A DNA stretch of 64,000 nucleotides from Patescibacteria group bacterium (GCA_035288465.1 DATEAH010000007.1:66090-130089), one strand, 5' to 3'; positions 9,563 through 19,417 are shown, counted from the first letter of the stretch. Notes: generated from the sequence alone by a model not told the origin. Numbers and translations: made by a program.

Positions 9563-9636
9563 TGGCCACTGACCGATTCGAACGGTCGACCTTCGCGATG
9601 TGAACGCGACGCTCTAACCAGCTGAGCTAAGTGACC
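9563..9636 (-). tRNA. tRNA-Val(CAC)
   Basis: Reverse complement folds as a cloverleaf with TAGCTCAGCTGG D-arm, TT-CAC-AT loop and GTTCGAATC. Confidence 0.95.
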
Positions 9637-9815
9637 ATAGATTAATTTTATCTAAAAATCACTAATTTTGCAATTGATTTAAGGCTAAAAAAGTTTTATC
9701 TTGATAATTTTTGGTTTAATATGGTATAATAATAGCAAGGCACTACCCAACATTTTGGAAATTCAGGCTTTCAAAACAAGCTTTGAATTAGTAATTTAAG
9801 TAAGTAGGAGGTGAG

Positions 9816-10160
9816 ATGTTAGACGAGAAATTTATTCGTGACAGGAAAGCTGATCTTGAGAAAGCAAAATTTAGACTTGAAAATGAGCTGGGAAAAGTTT
9901 CCACGGGCAAAGGGAAAGACCGACAAGCTCTTTTTCCTGATATTGGCAGCAAAGAAGATGAATCCGCCCAAGAAGTAGAAATGTACGAAAGCAGTTTATC
10001 ACTTGAAAAGGGCATGGAACAAAAATTAAATGAAATAAATATCGCCTTAGATAAAATCGAAAAAGGTAAATACGGTTATTGTGAAAATTGCCGGAAAGAA
10101 ATTCCCAAAGATCGGTTGAAAGCATATCCTGAGGCGACGACATGTTTAAATTGCCATTAA
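9816..10160 (+). CDS. TraR/DksA C4-type zinc finger protein
   Basis: YGYCENC ... RLKAYPEATTCLNC; coiled-coil N-terminus; AGGAGGT SD. Confidence 0.92.
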   Translation: MLDEKFIRDRKADLEKAKFRLENELGKVSTGKGKDRQALFPDIGSKEDESAQEVEMYESSLSLEKGMEQKLNEINIALDKIEKGKYGYCENCRKEIPKDRLKAYPEATTCLNCH

Positions 10161-10567
10161 AAAAATTTGCAAATTATAATTTTTGGATATCGTTCACCCT
10201 CATCGTAGTTTTGGATCAATTATTAAAATTGTTTGTTCTCAAAATATATCCCGGAATAGTTTATGTAAGCTCGGGCGTATTCAGCCATTTTAATTTTGCT
10301 TGGGCGGGAATTTTACCGGCCTTTTTGGTGGTAATCTTTATAATTTTTCAAGAAACATTTTTTAAAGAAACCATCACTGCGGTTACATTTGGCGCTTTGT
10401 TGGGTGCGGCAATTAGTAACTTAATTGATCGGATTTTTAGGCATAGCGTTTTAGATTGGATTCCGATTTTTGGTGTAAAATTTAATTTTGCCGATATGAT
10501 ATTAATTATCGGTAGCATGATTTTGATCATTAATTTGTGGCAAAAACCAGAAGACTCGAAAAAATAG
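10142..10567 (+). CDS. lspA: Lipoprotein signal peptidase II
   Basis: LDQLLK, GAAISNLIDR, VLDWI, FNFAD motifs. Confidence 0.9.
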   Translation: MFKLPLKKFANYNFWISFTLIVVLDQLLKLFVLKIYPGIVYVSSGVFSHFNFAWAGILPAFLVVIFIIFQETFFKETITAVTFGALLGAAISNLIDRIFRHSVLDWIPIFGVKFNFADMILIIGSMILIINLWQKPEDSKK

Positions 10568-10571
10568 AACT

Positions 10572-10883
10572 TTAACTTATTTCAAATAAATTGAAAAGTT
10601 TGTTTGAAATATTTGCCAATAACGTCGTTTTAGTGTCAAGAAAATATATTGAAGAAATAAATGCGGCAATAATTAAGATGACCCAAGCAACCTTAAACAA
10701 ATCAGATTTAACTTTGTGATCATCTATTGCCACGGTGGGCTTTTCAGTTTTATGGCTTTTTTTATCAAATTTAGAGAGAGCTTGAGTTAGATTTTTGTCT
10801 GGCGCAGATTCGGTTTGCGCCATTTTCAATCTTTGTTCAATGAGTTTTTTGAGTTGAAGTTTCGCTTTCTTATTTTTTGCCAT
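10572..10883 (-). CDS. Hypothetical membrane protein (one C-terminal TM helix)
   Basis: ATG 10883 with AGGAG SD; basic N-terminus; hydrophobic VAWVILIIAAFISSIYFL. Confidence 0.7.
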   Translation of the reverse strand: MAKNKKAKLQLKKLIEQRLKMAQTESAPDKNLTQALSKFDKKSHKTEKPTVAIDDHKVKSDLFKVAWVILIIAAFISSIYFLDTKTTLLANISNKLFNLFEIS

Positions 10884-10996
10884 GTGACTCCTAAGGCTAA
10901 TTATAAGTGAATCGTTTTGGGATTGCAAGCAAGTGTTGATTCTTGATTTTATTGGTGGGATTTGATATTATTAAACTAAATTTCTGAATTCAAATT

Positions 10997-11068
10997 GCGG
11001 GTGTCGTATAGCGGCTATTATACGTCCTTGCCAAGGACGAGACGGCGGTTCGACTCCGCTCACCCGCT
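10997..11068 (+). tRNA. tRNA-Gly(GCC)
   Basis: GCGGGTG/CACCCGC acceptor stem, CGTCC-TTGCCAA-GGACG anticodon arm, GGTTCGACTCC. Confidence 0.95.
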
Positions 11069-11133
11069 CATTTCGTCAATAGCAAAAAGAGCGAGGCTTA
11101 CCATTTAAGGCGACTCGCTCCACAACTCTTCTT

Positions 11134-11207
11134 GGCCTAGTGTCCGAGTAGTTAGGAAGCGGTCTGCAAAACCGCGTACCCCGGTGCAAATCCGGGCTAG
11201 GCCTCCA
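11134..11207 (+). tRNA. tRNA-Cys(GCA)
   Basis: GGCCTAG/CTAGGCC stem, GCGGT-CTGCAAA-ACCGC arm, encoded CCA. Confidence 0.95.
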
Positions 11208-11241
11208 CCAATTTATCACTTCAATTTAAACAAAGGAAAAA

Positions 11242-11457
11242 ATGGACAAAGCGATTAATATCGTCCAGATTACATCAGCATTATTATTAATCCTGACAAT
11301 TTTACTTCAGCAACGCGGAGCAACTTTGGGGGGCGCTTTTGGCGGTGAAAGCGCAGTTTATAATACCAGAAGAGGACCCGAAAAATTGCTTTTTATTATT
11401 TCGATTATTTTTGCGATTATTTTTTTGGTTTCAGCCGTAATTAATGTTCTCAGGTAG
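11242..11457 (+). CDS. secG: Preprotein translocase subunit SecG
   Basis: ILLQQRGATLGGAFGG..RRGPEK between two TM helices. Confidence 0.93.
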   Translation: MDKAINIVQITSALLLILTILLQQRGATLGGAFGGESAVYNTRRGPEKLLFIISIIFAIIFLVSAVINVLR

Positions 11458-11466
11458 GGGGACAAT

Positions 11467-13221
11467 TTGAATATTAGGAAGGCAAAGCTATTTTTGTCTT
11501 TTAAATTGCGCCATTTTTTGAGACTAATCATCACTAAAATTAGTGGTTTTATTTCAATTTTTAAACGAATGAGACTCGCATTGGGTTTACTTTCGATTAT
11601 GGAAAAAAGAATCATCATTATCTGTACGATTGTTTTTTTGGTGGCATTAGGTTTTTTGGTGCGAAAAATATACCTAAAAAATTCATATTTAGTCCCAGCA
11701 GTTGGCGGTAAAATCTCCATTGCTGAGGTTGGGGAACCAAAATTATTGAATCCGCTTTTTGCTAAATCCTCTGAAGATAAGGACGTGGTGAATTTGGTTT
11801 ATTCGGGTTTATTTTACTGGGATAATAATTTAGTCTTAAAGCCTGATTTGGCAAAAAAATGGGTGATTTCTGAAGATCGAAAAACCTATACTTTTGCCCT
11901 AAACGAGGTAAATTGGCATGACAATATGCCAGTTACTTCTGAAGATATTGCTTTTACAGCAAGCGTGATTTCTGATCAACAATATGCCGGTCCTTTGAAG
12001 GGTTTGTTTGATAATGTCACAGTTGAACCGGTTGATGATAAAACAATTAAATTTACCTTAGCTGAACCTTACCAGCCATTTTTAAAAAGACTTACCTTTG
12101 GGATTTTGCCAGCACATGTTTTAGGTAATGTGCCAACTGATCAGCTCGAGGAAGATAATTTTAACCTTTCTCCAGTAGGCTCGGGACCTTATATGGTGCA
12201 AAAAACCAAACTTATCGGCAACACAAAACAAGTAATCTTAGAAAGAGTTGCCACGAGTAAAAATCGTGATTCCTTCATTTCTGAAATCACTATTAATTAT
12301 TTTAAAGATTTTGAAGGAGCTGCTAAGGCTTATCAAAAAGGCGAGGTTTCAGTTTTAACCAATATTCCAGTAGAGGAATTTAAAGAAATTAGCAAGAATC
12401 GGGATTTAAATTTGTATCATCTTAAAGCTGCCAGTTATATGGTGTTATTTTTTAACCTGACAAGTGACAATTTAAAGCAAAAAAGCATTCGTGTCGCAAT
12501 TGCGGAAAGCATTAATAAAAATGCGATCATTGACGAGGTTTTATCTGGCAACGCAGAACCGGTTGAGGGTCCGATTTTGCCAGGCTTTTTAGGCTATTCT
12601 GAACAAATGAAAGCGGTCAAATATGATTTTCAAAAAGCCGAAAAAGATTTAGCGCAAATAGGTTTTAAGAAAAACGATTTAGGAATTTTAACCAAAAATG
12701 GCAAAGTGCTGGAGTTTAATTTAGCCCTAACTGATGATGAAGTGAGTATGGCCACAGCGGAAAAAATCAAAGCGCAATTGGCCGAAGTTGGGATTAAGGC
12801 AAATGTGATACAAGCAGATTTGTTAACGCTCCAGACAGATTACATTTTTAACCGTAAATTTGATATGTTGCTTTTTGGTGAAAATTTAGGTCCAGACTCC
12901 GATCCTTACCCATTTTGGCATTCTTCTCAAATTGGCACGACTAAGCTAAACTTTTCTGGATTTTCCAATAAAGAAGTTGATAAGCTTTTGGAGCAAGCTC
13001 GAACCACCAGTGATAAAAAACTACGTCAGAAAAATTATCAACGCTTTCAACAAATTATTATTGATGATGTACCAGTAATCTTTATTTTTCGACCAGATAG
13101 TTTGTTGGCGGTGAACTCAAAAGTGAAAGGGGTTGAAGAAAATAACCTGATTTCAAGTTCTGATAAACTTTTTCAACTTAAAAACTGGTATTTAAAGATG
13201 GGTAGAAAAAAGAATAAATAA
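11467..13221 (+). CDS. ABC transporter substrate-binding protein, family 5 (peptide/nickel), N-terminally anchored
   Basis: LNPLF, PDLA..W, YTFAL, WHD..P.TSEDIAFT, PVGSGPY motifs; start uncertain. Confidence 0.9.
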   Translation: MNIRKAKLFLSFKLRHFLRLIITKISGFISIFKRMRLALGLLSIMEKRIIIICTIVFLVALGFLVRKIYLKNSYLVPAVGGKISIAEVGEPKLLNPLFAKSSEDKDVVNLVYSGLFYWDNNLVLKPDLAKKWVISEDRKTYTFALNEVNWHDNMPVTSEDIAFTASVISDQQYAGPLKGLFDNVTVEPVDDKTIKFTLAEPYQPFLKRLTFGILPAHVLGNVPTDQLEEDNFNLSPVGSGPYMVQKTKLIGNTKQVILERVATSKNRDSFISEITINYFKDFEGAAKAYQKGEVSVLTNIPVEEFKEISKNRDLNLYHLKAASYMVLFFNLTSDNLKQKSIRVAIAESINKNAIIDEVLSGNAEPVEGPILPGFLGYSEQMKAVKYDFQKAEKDLAQIGFKKNDLGILTKNGKVLEFNLALTDDEVSMATAEKIKAQLAEVGIKANVIQADLLTLQTDYIFNRKFDMLLFGENLGPDSDPYPFWHSSQIGTTKLNFSGFSNKEVDKLLEQARTTSDKKLRQKNYQRFQQIIIDDVPVIFIFRPDSLLAVNSKVKGVEENNLISSSDKLFQLKNWYLKMGRKKNK

Positions 13222-13271
13222 AGTTAGAGATTGAAATTTGAACTCAAAAAGGTTAAAATAGAGCTTGAATG

Positions 13272-13355
13272 GGGCGAATGGCGGAATTGGTAGACGCGCA
13301 GCGTTCAGGTCGCTGTGGGAGCAATCCTGTGGAGGTTCGAGTCCTCTTTCGCCCA
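13272..13355 (+). tRNA. tRNA-Leu(CAG)
   Basis: GGGCGAA/TTCGCCC stem, CAGCG-TTCAGGT-CGCTG arm, long variable arm. Confidence 0.95.
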
Positions 13356-13368
13356 GCGTGAAAATTGT

Positions 13369-13451
13369 GGGGACGTGGTGGAATTGGTATACACGACAGG
13401 TTGAGGGCCTGTGCTCGCAAGAGCGTGAGAGTTCAAGTCTCTCCGTCCCCA
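13369..13451 (+). tRNA. tRNA-Leu(GAG)
   Basis: GGGGACG/CGTCCCC stem, ACAGG-TTGAGGG-CCTGT arm, long variable arm. Confidence 0.95.
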
Positions 13452-13563
13452 TTTATATAATTTGCAGCCTTTAAACTAAAGTTTGGCTGTTTTTTTATTA
13501 ATTATATGTTATACTTTCATCAAGTTGATACTCGAGTCCAATCCAGAACCGGAGGTCATAGGA

Positions 13564-14226
13564 ATGGAACTGACAGCTAGAAACACGATTGTTTTAGCTA
13601 TCAAGCGAACATATCCTCGAGGTTGTTGGGGTGAGAAAAATTACTGGTTTGATCAATTTCCGAAAGGTTCAGATTTACTCTCTGCTTCTCTTGCGCGTAA
13701 TGAATCCGATAATTGTTGTATTTCAGCTCTGCTTGCTAAAGGGGTCGGGCAAAATGAAGCCCCAACGATTGCCAATTGGATATCTTTTGTGCTGGCTGGT
13801 GCAATTATCGCCACCAAAACCAGGAAATACATTATTCCTCCTGAAAAGAAACCATACGATTGGGAATCTAATATTGAGCAATTTGTTTGGGAACAGCTCT
13901 GGATGAAGATCCAGTGGAAGCGCCATCCCCTTGATTCTGATTTTGTGGTCGTTATGCTGCGTGAATTTGTACCCAGGCATCATATGGGCGGTGAGCTTTA
14001 TCCTAGTTTTTGCCGAAGCACCTTTGCCGGTCTTTGGCCTCATGTGTATCAACCGGTGGGTGGATCTTCTATCCATTCATTACTACCAGAAACATTAGAG
14101 TTGGGTAACCGATCCTTTGATACTTCATCCGAAGAAATTCAAGATTCAATTCTTCAGGTGGCAGAACATGTTCCGACCATGCTTGAGATTGCCAATGCCC
14201 GAATTCGGAAAACTTATTCTTGGTGA
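13564..14226 (+). CDS. Hypothetical protein (accessory, downstream of tRNA-Leu)
   Basis: GGAGGT SD at 13551-13556 before ATG 13564; no recognised motifs. Confidence 0.7.
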   Translation: MELTARNTIVLAIKRTYPRGCWGEKNYWFDQFPKGSDLLSASLARNESDNCCISALLAKGVGQNEAPTIANWISFVLAGAIIATKTRKYIIPPEKKPYDWESNIEQFVWEQLWMKIQWKRHPLDSDFVVVMLREFVPRHHMGGELYPSFCRSTFAGLWPHVYQPVGGSSIHSLLPETLELGNRSFDTSSEEIQDSILQVAEHVPTMLEIANARIRKTYSW

Positions 14227-14248
14227 CCCCATTGATTCGGGAGGTGAG

Positions 14249-14830
14249 ATGGGTGAGAAAACCGAATATCGGATCGATTTTGACGGATTAATTCTAAATG
14301 TCGCTGAACTGAAAGCTCGGGAATTGGCACATTTTGGTTTAGAGGTGGAAATTGACGGGGTTAAACGTAAATTTATTGTTGAGGAAGGGCTACTCACAGA
14401 TCCAGAATATTCGGCTTTTCTTAAAGAAACTTATCGAAACCGAGACTTGATGAGAACCTATCAACCCGTACCAGATGCGATTGGATCAATTTGGCGTTTA
14501 CAAAATGAAGGTTACCAAATTGTTGTGATTACGGCTCGCGAAGGTGAGGCATTAAATATTGCCAGGGATTGGATGCGAAGAGTAGGATTAGAATTAGAGA
14601 TTTTAGGAGTCGGCTTAAGATAAGATAAGGTTGATGTTGCACGAGCATGCGAGTTGGCTATTTATATTGATGATGATATTGATAAACTCGCACCCTTGGT
14701 TGGTATTGTTCCATATCTTTTCTTGTTTTCCTGGCCATATAATCTTGCCGAAGATGAAAGAAATATTGCTAAGAGAATTTTTTCTTGGCAAGAGTTTTAT
14801 AGGGAAATTCAACAGCTTAGGAAGGTTTAA
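14249..14830 (+). pseudogene. HAD-superfamily 5'(3')-nucleotidase-like gene interrupted by an in-frame TAA (14621-14623)
   Basis: GGAGGTG SD; DFDG (motif I), VITAR (motif II); same frame continues after the stop with K, IYIDDD (motif IV), WPYN, SWQE to TAA 14828-14830. Confidence 0.8.
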
Positions 14831-14989
14831 TTCCAGAGGGAGCCTTCCTTTTTTAATTTGCGGCAAAGCGAACAAAATGGTAAAATTTATTTAATAAAGA
14901 AATTAAATTCCTCGAGGATAACTGAGCTAAACCCCTAGAGCATACTCGGGGTAAATCCCGCCGAAAGTACAACGGGATAAAGGAGAAAA

Positions 14990-15265
14990 ATGCTTTCAAA
15001 AATACCCACTGATTTATCCAAGATTAAAAAAGAAGACAAAGACCGACAAATTTTAAGGTTGGGAATGATGGCGGAATTAGATGCGATCAGCGTTTATGAA
15101 CAATTAGCTGCAGAAACTAATAGTCGCAAAATCAAAAATGCCTTGTTGGATATTGCTCGAGAAGAAAAAACCCATGTTGGTGAATTTGAAACCCTGCTTT
15201 TACAAATCGACAAAGAACAAGTCGAAGAATCTGCAGCTGGTAAAAAAGAAGTTAATGAATTTTAA
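14990..15265 (+). CDS. Short ferritin-like protein (rubrerythrin / encapsulated-ferritin-like)
   Basis: AELDAISVYEQ, DIAREEKTHVGEF motifs. Confidence 0.88.
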   Translation: MLSKIPTDLSKIKKEDKDRQILRLGMMAELDAISVYEQLAAETNSRKIKNALLDIAREEKTHVGEFETLLLQIDKEQVEESAAGKKEVNEF

Positions 15266-15279
15266 AGATATTATAAATT

Positions 15280-16044
15280 ATGAAAATTTATTCTTGGAAT
15301 GTGAACGGGATAAGATCAGCTTGGAATAAGGGTTTTTTAAGCTGGTTTGAGACGGAAAATCCAGACATTGTCGGTTTGCAGGAAATGAAAGCACAACCCG
15401 AAACGATTGAACATCTTGAAATTCCCAAAAATTACCATTTTTATTTTAATCCGGCTCAGAAAAAAGGCTATGCCGGGGTAGCGGTTTTTTCTAAAATTAA
15501 GCCTCAAAAAGTACTCTATAATATAGGAATAAAAAGATTTGACTCAGAGGGTCGTTTTTTACGTTTAGATTTTGAGGATTATATTTTAATTAGTGTTTAT
15601 ATGCCTCACGGAGGGCGCGCTAAAGAGAATTTGGATTATAAATTACAGGTCTATAAAAAATTATTGATTTTATTAAAAACATTGACTTCGCAAAAGGTAA
15701 TTTTGATTGGTGATTTTAATATCGCCCATGACGAAAGAGATTTGGCAAGACCCAAGGAAAATAAAAATAATATTATGTTTTTGCCCGAAGAAAGAGAAAA
15801 AATAGATCAATTGATAAAAATGGGTTTTATTGATAGTTTTCGAAAATTTCATCAGAATAATGGACATTATTCTTGGTGGCCATATTATCGCCAAGCTCGT
15901 CAAAGAAATTTGGGTTGGCGTTTAGATTATATTTTTGTTTCAGATAAATTAAAATCAAAATTAAAAAACGCCCAGATTCAAGTGCGGGTTTTAGGTTCTG
16001 ACCATTGTCCAGTTCAAGCGGAACTAATTAACTTCGCAAAATAA
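15280..16044 (+). CDS. xth: Exodeoxyribonuclease III
   Basis: SWNVNGIR, LQEMK, GDFNIAH, GWRLDY, GSDHCP. Confidence 0.97.
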   Translation: MKIYSWNVNGIRSAWNKGFLSWFETENPDIVGLQEMKAQPETIEHLEIPKNYHFYFNPAQKKGYAGVAVFSKIKPQKVLYNIGIKRFDSEGRFLRLDFEDYILISVYMPHGGRAKENLDYKLQVYKKLLILLKTLTSQKVILIGDFNIAHDERDLARPKENKNNIMFLPEEREKIDQLIKMGFIDSFRKFHQNNGHYSWWPYYRQARQRNLGWRLDYIFVSDKLKSKLKNAQIQVRVLGSDHCPVQAELINFAK

Positions 16045-16624
16045 TTTTTGGTTGTTGTTGAGTAAAATCAACAATTTTTGAGAGAGGTTTTTGAGGTAAA
16101 ATACCAGCATCAATGATTAAATCTGGTTTAACTTTTTGTGATTTAAAAAATTTAATCGCCTTTTGAGCTGACCAAATTTCAGGGGATCCGGACAAATTGG
16201 CACTTGTTGCAGTATATGGGAGTTGAATCTGAGCCGAGAGAGCTTCGGTAAAAGGAAAATCAGGTATTCTTAAGCTAATTGAATTATTGGTGTTGGTATA
16301 AATTTTTTGATTTTTTTTCAAGGGTAAAATAATTGTATATGATCCTGGCAATATTTTTTTTAGCTCGATTTTGGTATATTGGTTAATTTTGGCAAATTTT
16401 TCCGCCATTTCTAAATTCGTCACGATTACTGAGATCGGTTTATCGGCCGGTCTGTTTTTAATCTGAAAAACTTTCCGAACCGCTTTCGGATTGGTGGCAT
16501 CGGCCGCTAAACCATAGCAAGTGTCTGATGGAAAAACTATTACTCCGCCTTTTTTAATGATTTGGCTGATTTTGATTAATTTATTTTTCGAAATATTTTT
16601 AAGATTTATTTTGATAATTTTCAT
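16028..16624 (-). CDS. tsaC: L-threonylcarbamoyladenylate synthase (YrdC/Sua5)
   Basis: FPSDTCYGL, KNRPADKP, LRIP, TSANLSG. Confidence 0.93.
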   Translation of the reverse strand: MKIIKINLKNISKNKLIKISQIIKKGGVIVFPSDTCYGLAADATNPKAVRKVFQIKNRPADKPISVIVTNLEMAEKFAKINQYTKIELKKILPGSYTIILPLKKNQKIYTNTNNSISLRIPDFPFTEALSAQIQLPYTATSANLSGSPEIWSAQKAIKFFKSQKVKPDLIIDAGILPQKPLSKIVDFTQQQPKIILRS

Positions 16625-16716
16625 AAATCTATTATAAACTTAAACTTGATTTTAGGCGAAGGTTTTGATAAAATTGTTATGAATTGATTGGGATAAAAGG
16701 ACGACCTTTGCGAAAC

Positions 16717-16792
16717 GCACCCGTAGCTCAGCGGTTAGAGCGCTTGGTTTACATCCAAGAAGTCGTCCGTTCGAATCGGACCGGGTGTACCA
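16717..16792 (+). tRNA. tRNA-Val(TAC)
   Basis: GCACCCG acceptor stem, CTTGG-TTTACAT-CCAAG arm, GTTCGAATC, CCA. Confidence 0.95.
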
Positions 16793-16814
16793 TTAGTGAA
16801 AGTTGCCGCGACGT

Positions 16815-16886
16815 GCCGAGGTAGCTCAGTGGCAGAGCACATGACTGAAAATCATGGTGTCGGCAGTTCGATCCTGCCCCTCGGCA
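16815..16886 (+). tRNA. tRNA-Phe(GAA)
   Basis: GCCGAGG/CCTCGGC stem, CATGA-CTGAAAA-TCATG arm. Confidence 0.95.
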
Positions 16887-16919
16887 TAGCTTTTCATCTT
16901 TTTTGGATGTAAATATTTT

Positions 16920-17387
16920 ATGAAGAATTTATTATTCGAGTTTTTTAAAAAATATTTTTCCCGCCAATTTTTATTGACTAATCAAATTGTCCCGCAAATT
17001 CAGGACACAGTTTTAATCATTTTGTTAGCAATTCTAATTTTAGCAACGATTATTAAGGTGGCGGAATATATTTGGTTTAGGACAAAAACTCCCTGGCAGC
17101 ACTTTTTAAATCAAATTTTTAGTTGGTTGCTGACGGTGGCGTTGATTGGATTGGGATTTTGGCTTTTTGCTAAGGCTGATTTGCCTTTTTTCTCAGATTT
17201 TTTTTGGTGGTTATTGCTATCATTGACATTTATAGTTTGGGGGTTTATAATTTTAAATTATGGGATAAGAAAATTCCCGCAAGAATTATTTAGGCATCAA
17301 AATCAAGTTAGAAAAGAAAAATATCTGCCTCATCGGCAGACAAGCCTGCTTCGAAAACGGGTTAAGATGGCTAAATCTAAAAGGTAA
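16920..17387 (+). CDS. Hypothetical membrane protein (3 TM helices)
   Basis: Three hydrophobic segments; C-terminal KEKYLP. Confidence 0.75.
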   Translation: MKNLLFEFFKKYFSRQFLLTNQIVPQIQDTVLIILLAILILATIIKVAEYIWFRTKTPWQHFLNQIFSWLLTVALIGLGFWLFAKADLPFFSDFFWWLLLSLTFIVWGFIILNYGIRKFPQELFRHQNQVRKEKYLPHRQTSLLRKRVKMAKSKR

Positions 17388-17393
17388 AAAAGC

Positions 17394-18491
17394 ATGATTA
17401 AAACTGAAGCGAAAATGGAAAAAATTCTTAAAAACCAGGTTTTGTATTTGCCCTTGAAAGAAGGTGATACTGCCGAAGGGTCAATTTTAAGTAAGACTCG
17501 AAATCGAATTTGGGTTGATGTCGAAGGTCGCGGTATTGGTATGATTCCGCCTCGTGAAATTCCTTTTGAGGCAGAAGATTTAAAAATTGGCGAAAAAATC
17601 ATCGCCTTTGTCTTAAAACCCGAAGACGAAAAAGGCCATATCATCCTTTCTTTGAAAAAAGCGGATCGGGAAAAAATTTGGTTGAACCTAAAGCGCAAAT
17701 TTGAAGATCAAGAAAATATTTTCGTGAAAGTCGTGGAAGCAAATCGGGGCGGTTTGATGGTGGAAACTTCTGGGGCAAAAGGATTTTTGCCTTTATCACA
17801 ATTATCATCTAAGCATTATCCGCATGTTGGTGGGGACAAAGAAAAGATTTTAGAAAAATTAGCCAAGCTCGTTGGCTTGAAATTAGACGTTAAAATTATC
17901 AGTTTTGACCAACAAGCCTTAAAATTAATTTTTTCCGAGAAAAAAGCTTCTTCAAAGGTTGAGAAAGAAAAAATTGCGAGTTTGAAAGTTGGCACTAAAA
18001 TTAGCGGAACAGTTTCAGGAGTAGTTGATTTTGGAATTTTTGTCCGCTTTAATTTGGGCGAAGAAGGCTCAGAAGAATATGAAGGTTTGGTCCACATTTC
18101 TGAAGTTTCCTGGAGTAAAGTCGAAGATATCAAAAAAGAGTTTAAAATTGGCCAAAAAATCGACGCCGAAATTATTTCCACCGAAGAAGGCCGGATTTCG
18201 TTAAGTATTAAAAGACTTTTGCCTGATCCTTGGGTGAAAAAAGTTAAAAAATATAAAACTGACCAAAAAATCTTCGGCAAAATTACTCGTGTGACGCCGT
18301 TTGGAGCTTTTGTACAATTAGAAAAAGATATTGAAGGTTTAGTTCATATTTCTGAAATTGGTGATGAACACATCACTGATCCGAGAAGTTTACTCGAAGA
18401 AGGTCAAGAAAAAGAATTTCGCATCATTTCGATTGAGCCAGGCGCACATAAAATTGGTCTCAGTTTAAATATTCCAAAAAGCAAAAAATAA
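17394..18491 (+). CDS. rpsA: 30S ribosomal protein S1 (short, 4 S1 domains)
   Basis: NRGGL, GFLPLSQL, repeated FG.FV...EGLVHISE motifs. Confidence 0.9.
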   Translation: MIKTEAKMEKILKNQVLYLPLKEGDTAEGSILSKTRNRIWVDVEGRGIGMIPPREIPFEAEDLKIGEKIIAFVLKPEDEKGHIILSLKKADREKIWLNLKRKFEDQENIFVKVVEANRGGLMVETSGAKGFLPLSQLSSKHYPHVGGDKEKILEKLAKLVGLKLDVKIISFDQQALKLIFSEKKASSKVEKEKIASLKVGTKISGTVSGVVDFGIFVRFNLGEEGSEEYEGLVHISEVSWSKVEDIKKEFKIGQKIDAEIISTEEGRISLSIKRLLPDPWVKKVKKYKTDQKIFGKITRVTPFGAFVQLEKDIEGLVHISEIGDEHITDPRSLLEEGQEKEFRIISIEPGAHKIGLSLNIPKSKK

Positions 18492-18521
18492 ATTAGCGAT
18501 CATTAATTTATTGAGGGTAAA

Positions 18522-19181
18522 ATGGAAATTAAATGGTATGGGCAATCATGTTTTGCCCTGCAAACCAAAAAAGTAAAAATTATTATTGATCCATATTCGG
18601 ACAGCATTGGTTTGAAATTACCCTTACAATTAACGGCAAATATTGTTTTAGTCACCCATAATCATCAAGATCATAATAATGTTGAGGCAATTTCAGGAAA
18701 CAATGGCGAAAAACCTTTTAGGATTACCGGTCCGGGCGAGTATGAAGTTTCGGGGATTTATTTTCATGGTATCGGAAGTTTTCATGATAAGTTAGAAGGA
18801 AAAGAGCGTGGTTTAAATACAATTTATACTATCGATGATGGCAATATTCGACTTTGTCATTTAGGAGATTTAGGCACGGGTTTAAGTGACGAGCAATTGG
18901 AACAAATTGGCGAAGTTGATATTTTATTTGTGCCAGTGGGTGGTACGTATACGATTGACGTGGCGAAAGCCGTCGCGGTAATTGGCCAAATTGATCCTAA
19001 AATTGTCATTCCAATGCACTATCAATTGCCGGGCTTGCAAGTTGATTTAGCTGAAGTCGGAGAATTTTTGGAAGCTGAGGGAATTTCTAACAAGGAAGCA
19101 TGTGAAGTGTATCGAGTGGCAAAATCTGATTTACCAGCCGAAGAAAGAGATGTAGTGATTTTTAAGGCACAGAATAAGTAA
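18522..19181 (+). CDS. Metallo-beta-lactamase-fold hydrolase
   Basis: WYGQSCF, IDPY, THNHQDH, HLGDLG, IPMHY. Confidence 0.92.
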   Translation: MEIKWYGQSCFALQTKKVKIIIDPYSDSIGLKLPLQLTANIVLVTHNHQDHNNVEAISGNNGEKPFRITGPGEYEVSGIYFHGIGSFHDKLEGKERGLNTIYTIDDGNIRLCHLGDLGTGLSDEQLEQIGEVDILFVPVGGTYTIDVAKAVAVIGQIDPKIVIPMHYQLPGLQVDLAEVGEFLEAEGISNKEACEVYRVAKSDLPAEERDVVIFKAQNK

Positions 19182-19320
19182 ATTTCTAATATCTAAGTCC
19201 TAATTTCTAAATAATTACCAAATCCCAAACATCAATAACCAATCAAATTCTAAACCTCAAATCTCAAAAAATTTGGAAATTGAAAACTAATATTAAGTTA
19301 ATTAGAATAATTAGAAATTT
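19181..19320. repeat. Heptamer-periodic imperfect palindrome (family copy 2)
   Basis: aatttct aatatct aagtcct aatttct aaataat ... aattagaataattagaaatt. Confidence 0.65.
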
Positions 19321-19329
19321 TAATACTAT

Positions 19330-19417
19330 GCCCGAGTGGTGAAATTGGTATACACGCGACACTTAAAATGTCGTGGCCTAAACAGCCGTGCCGGTTCGAG
19401 TCCGGCCTCGGGCACCA
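19330..19417 (+). tRNA. tRNA-Leu(TAA)
   Basis: GCCCGAG/CTCGGGC stem, CGACA-CTTAAAA-TGTCG arm, variable arm, CCA. Confidence 0.95.

Noticed and set aside
13192-13474. ORFs 13192-13452 (-) and 13265-13474 (+)
   Set aside because: They are translations across the two tRNA-Leu genes.
14615-14894. ORFs 14631-14894 (+) and 14615-14875 (-) as separate genes
   Set aside because: The region is better explained as the in-frame continuation of the interrupted HAD gene.
14990-15265. Encapsulin nanocompartment system
   Set aside because: The ferritin-like protein has no C-terminal targeting peptide, and no encapsulin shell gene is in the window.
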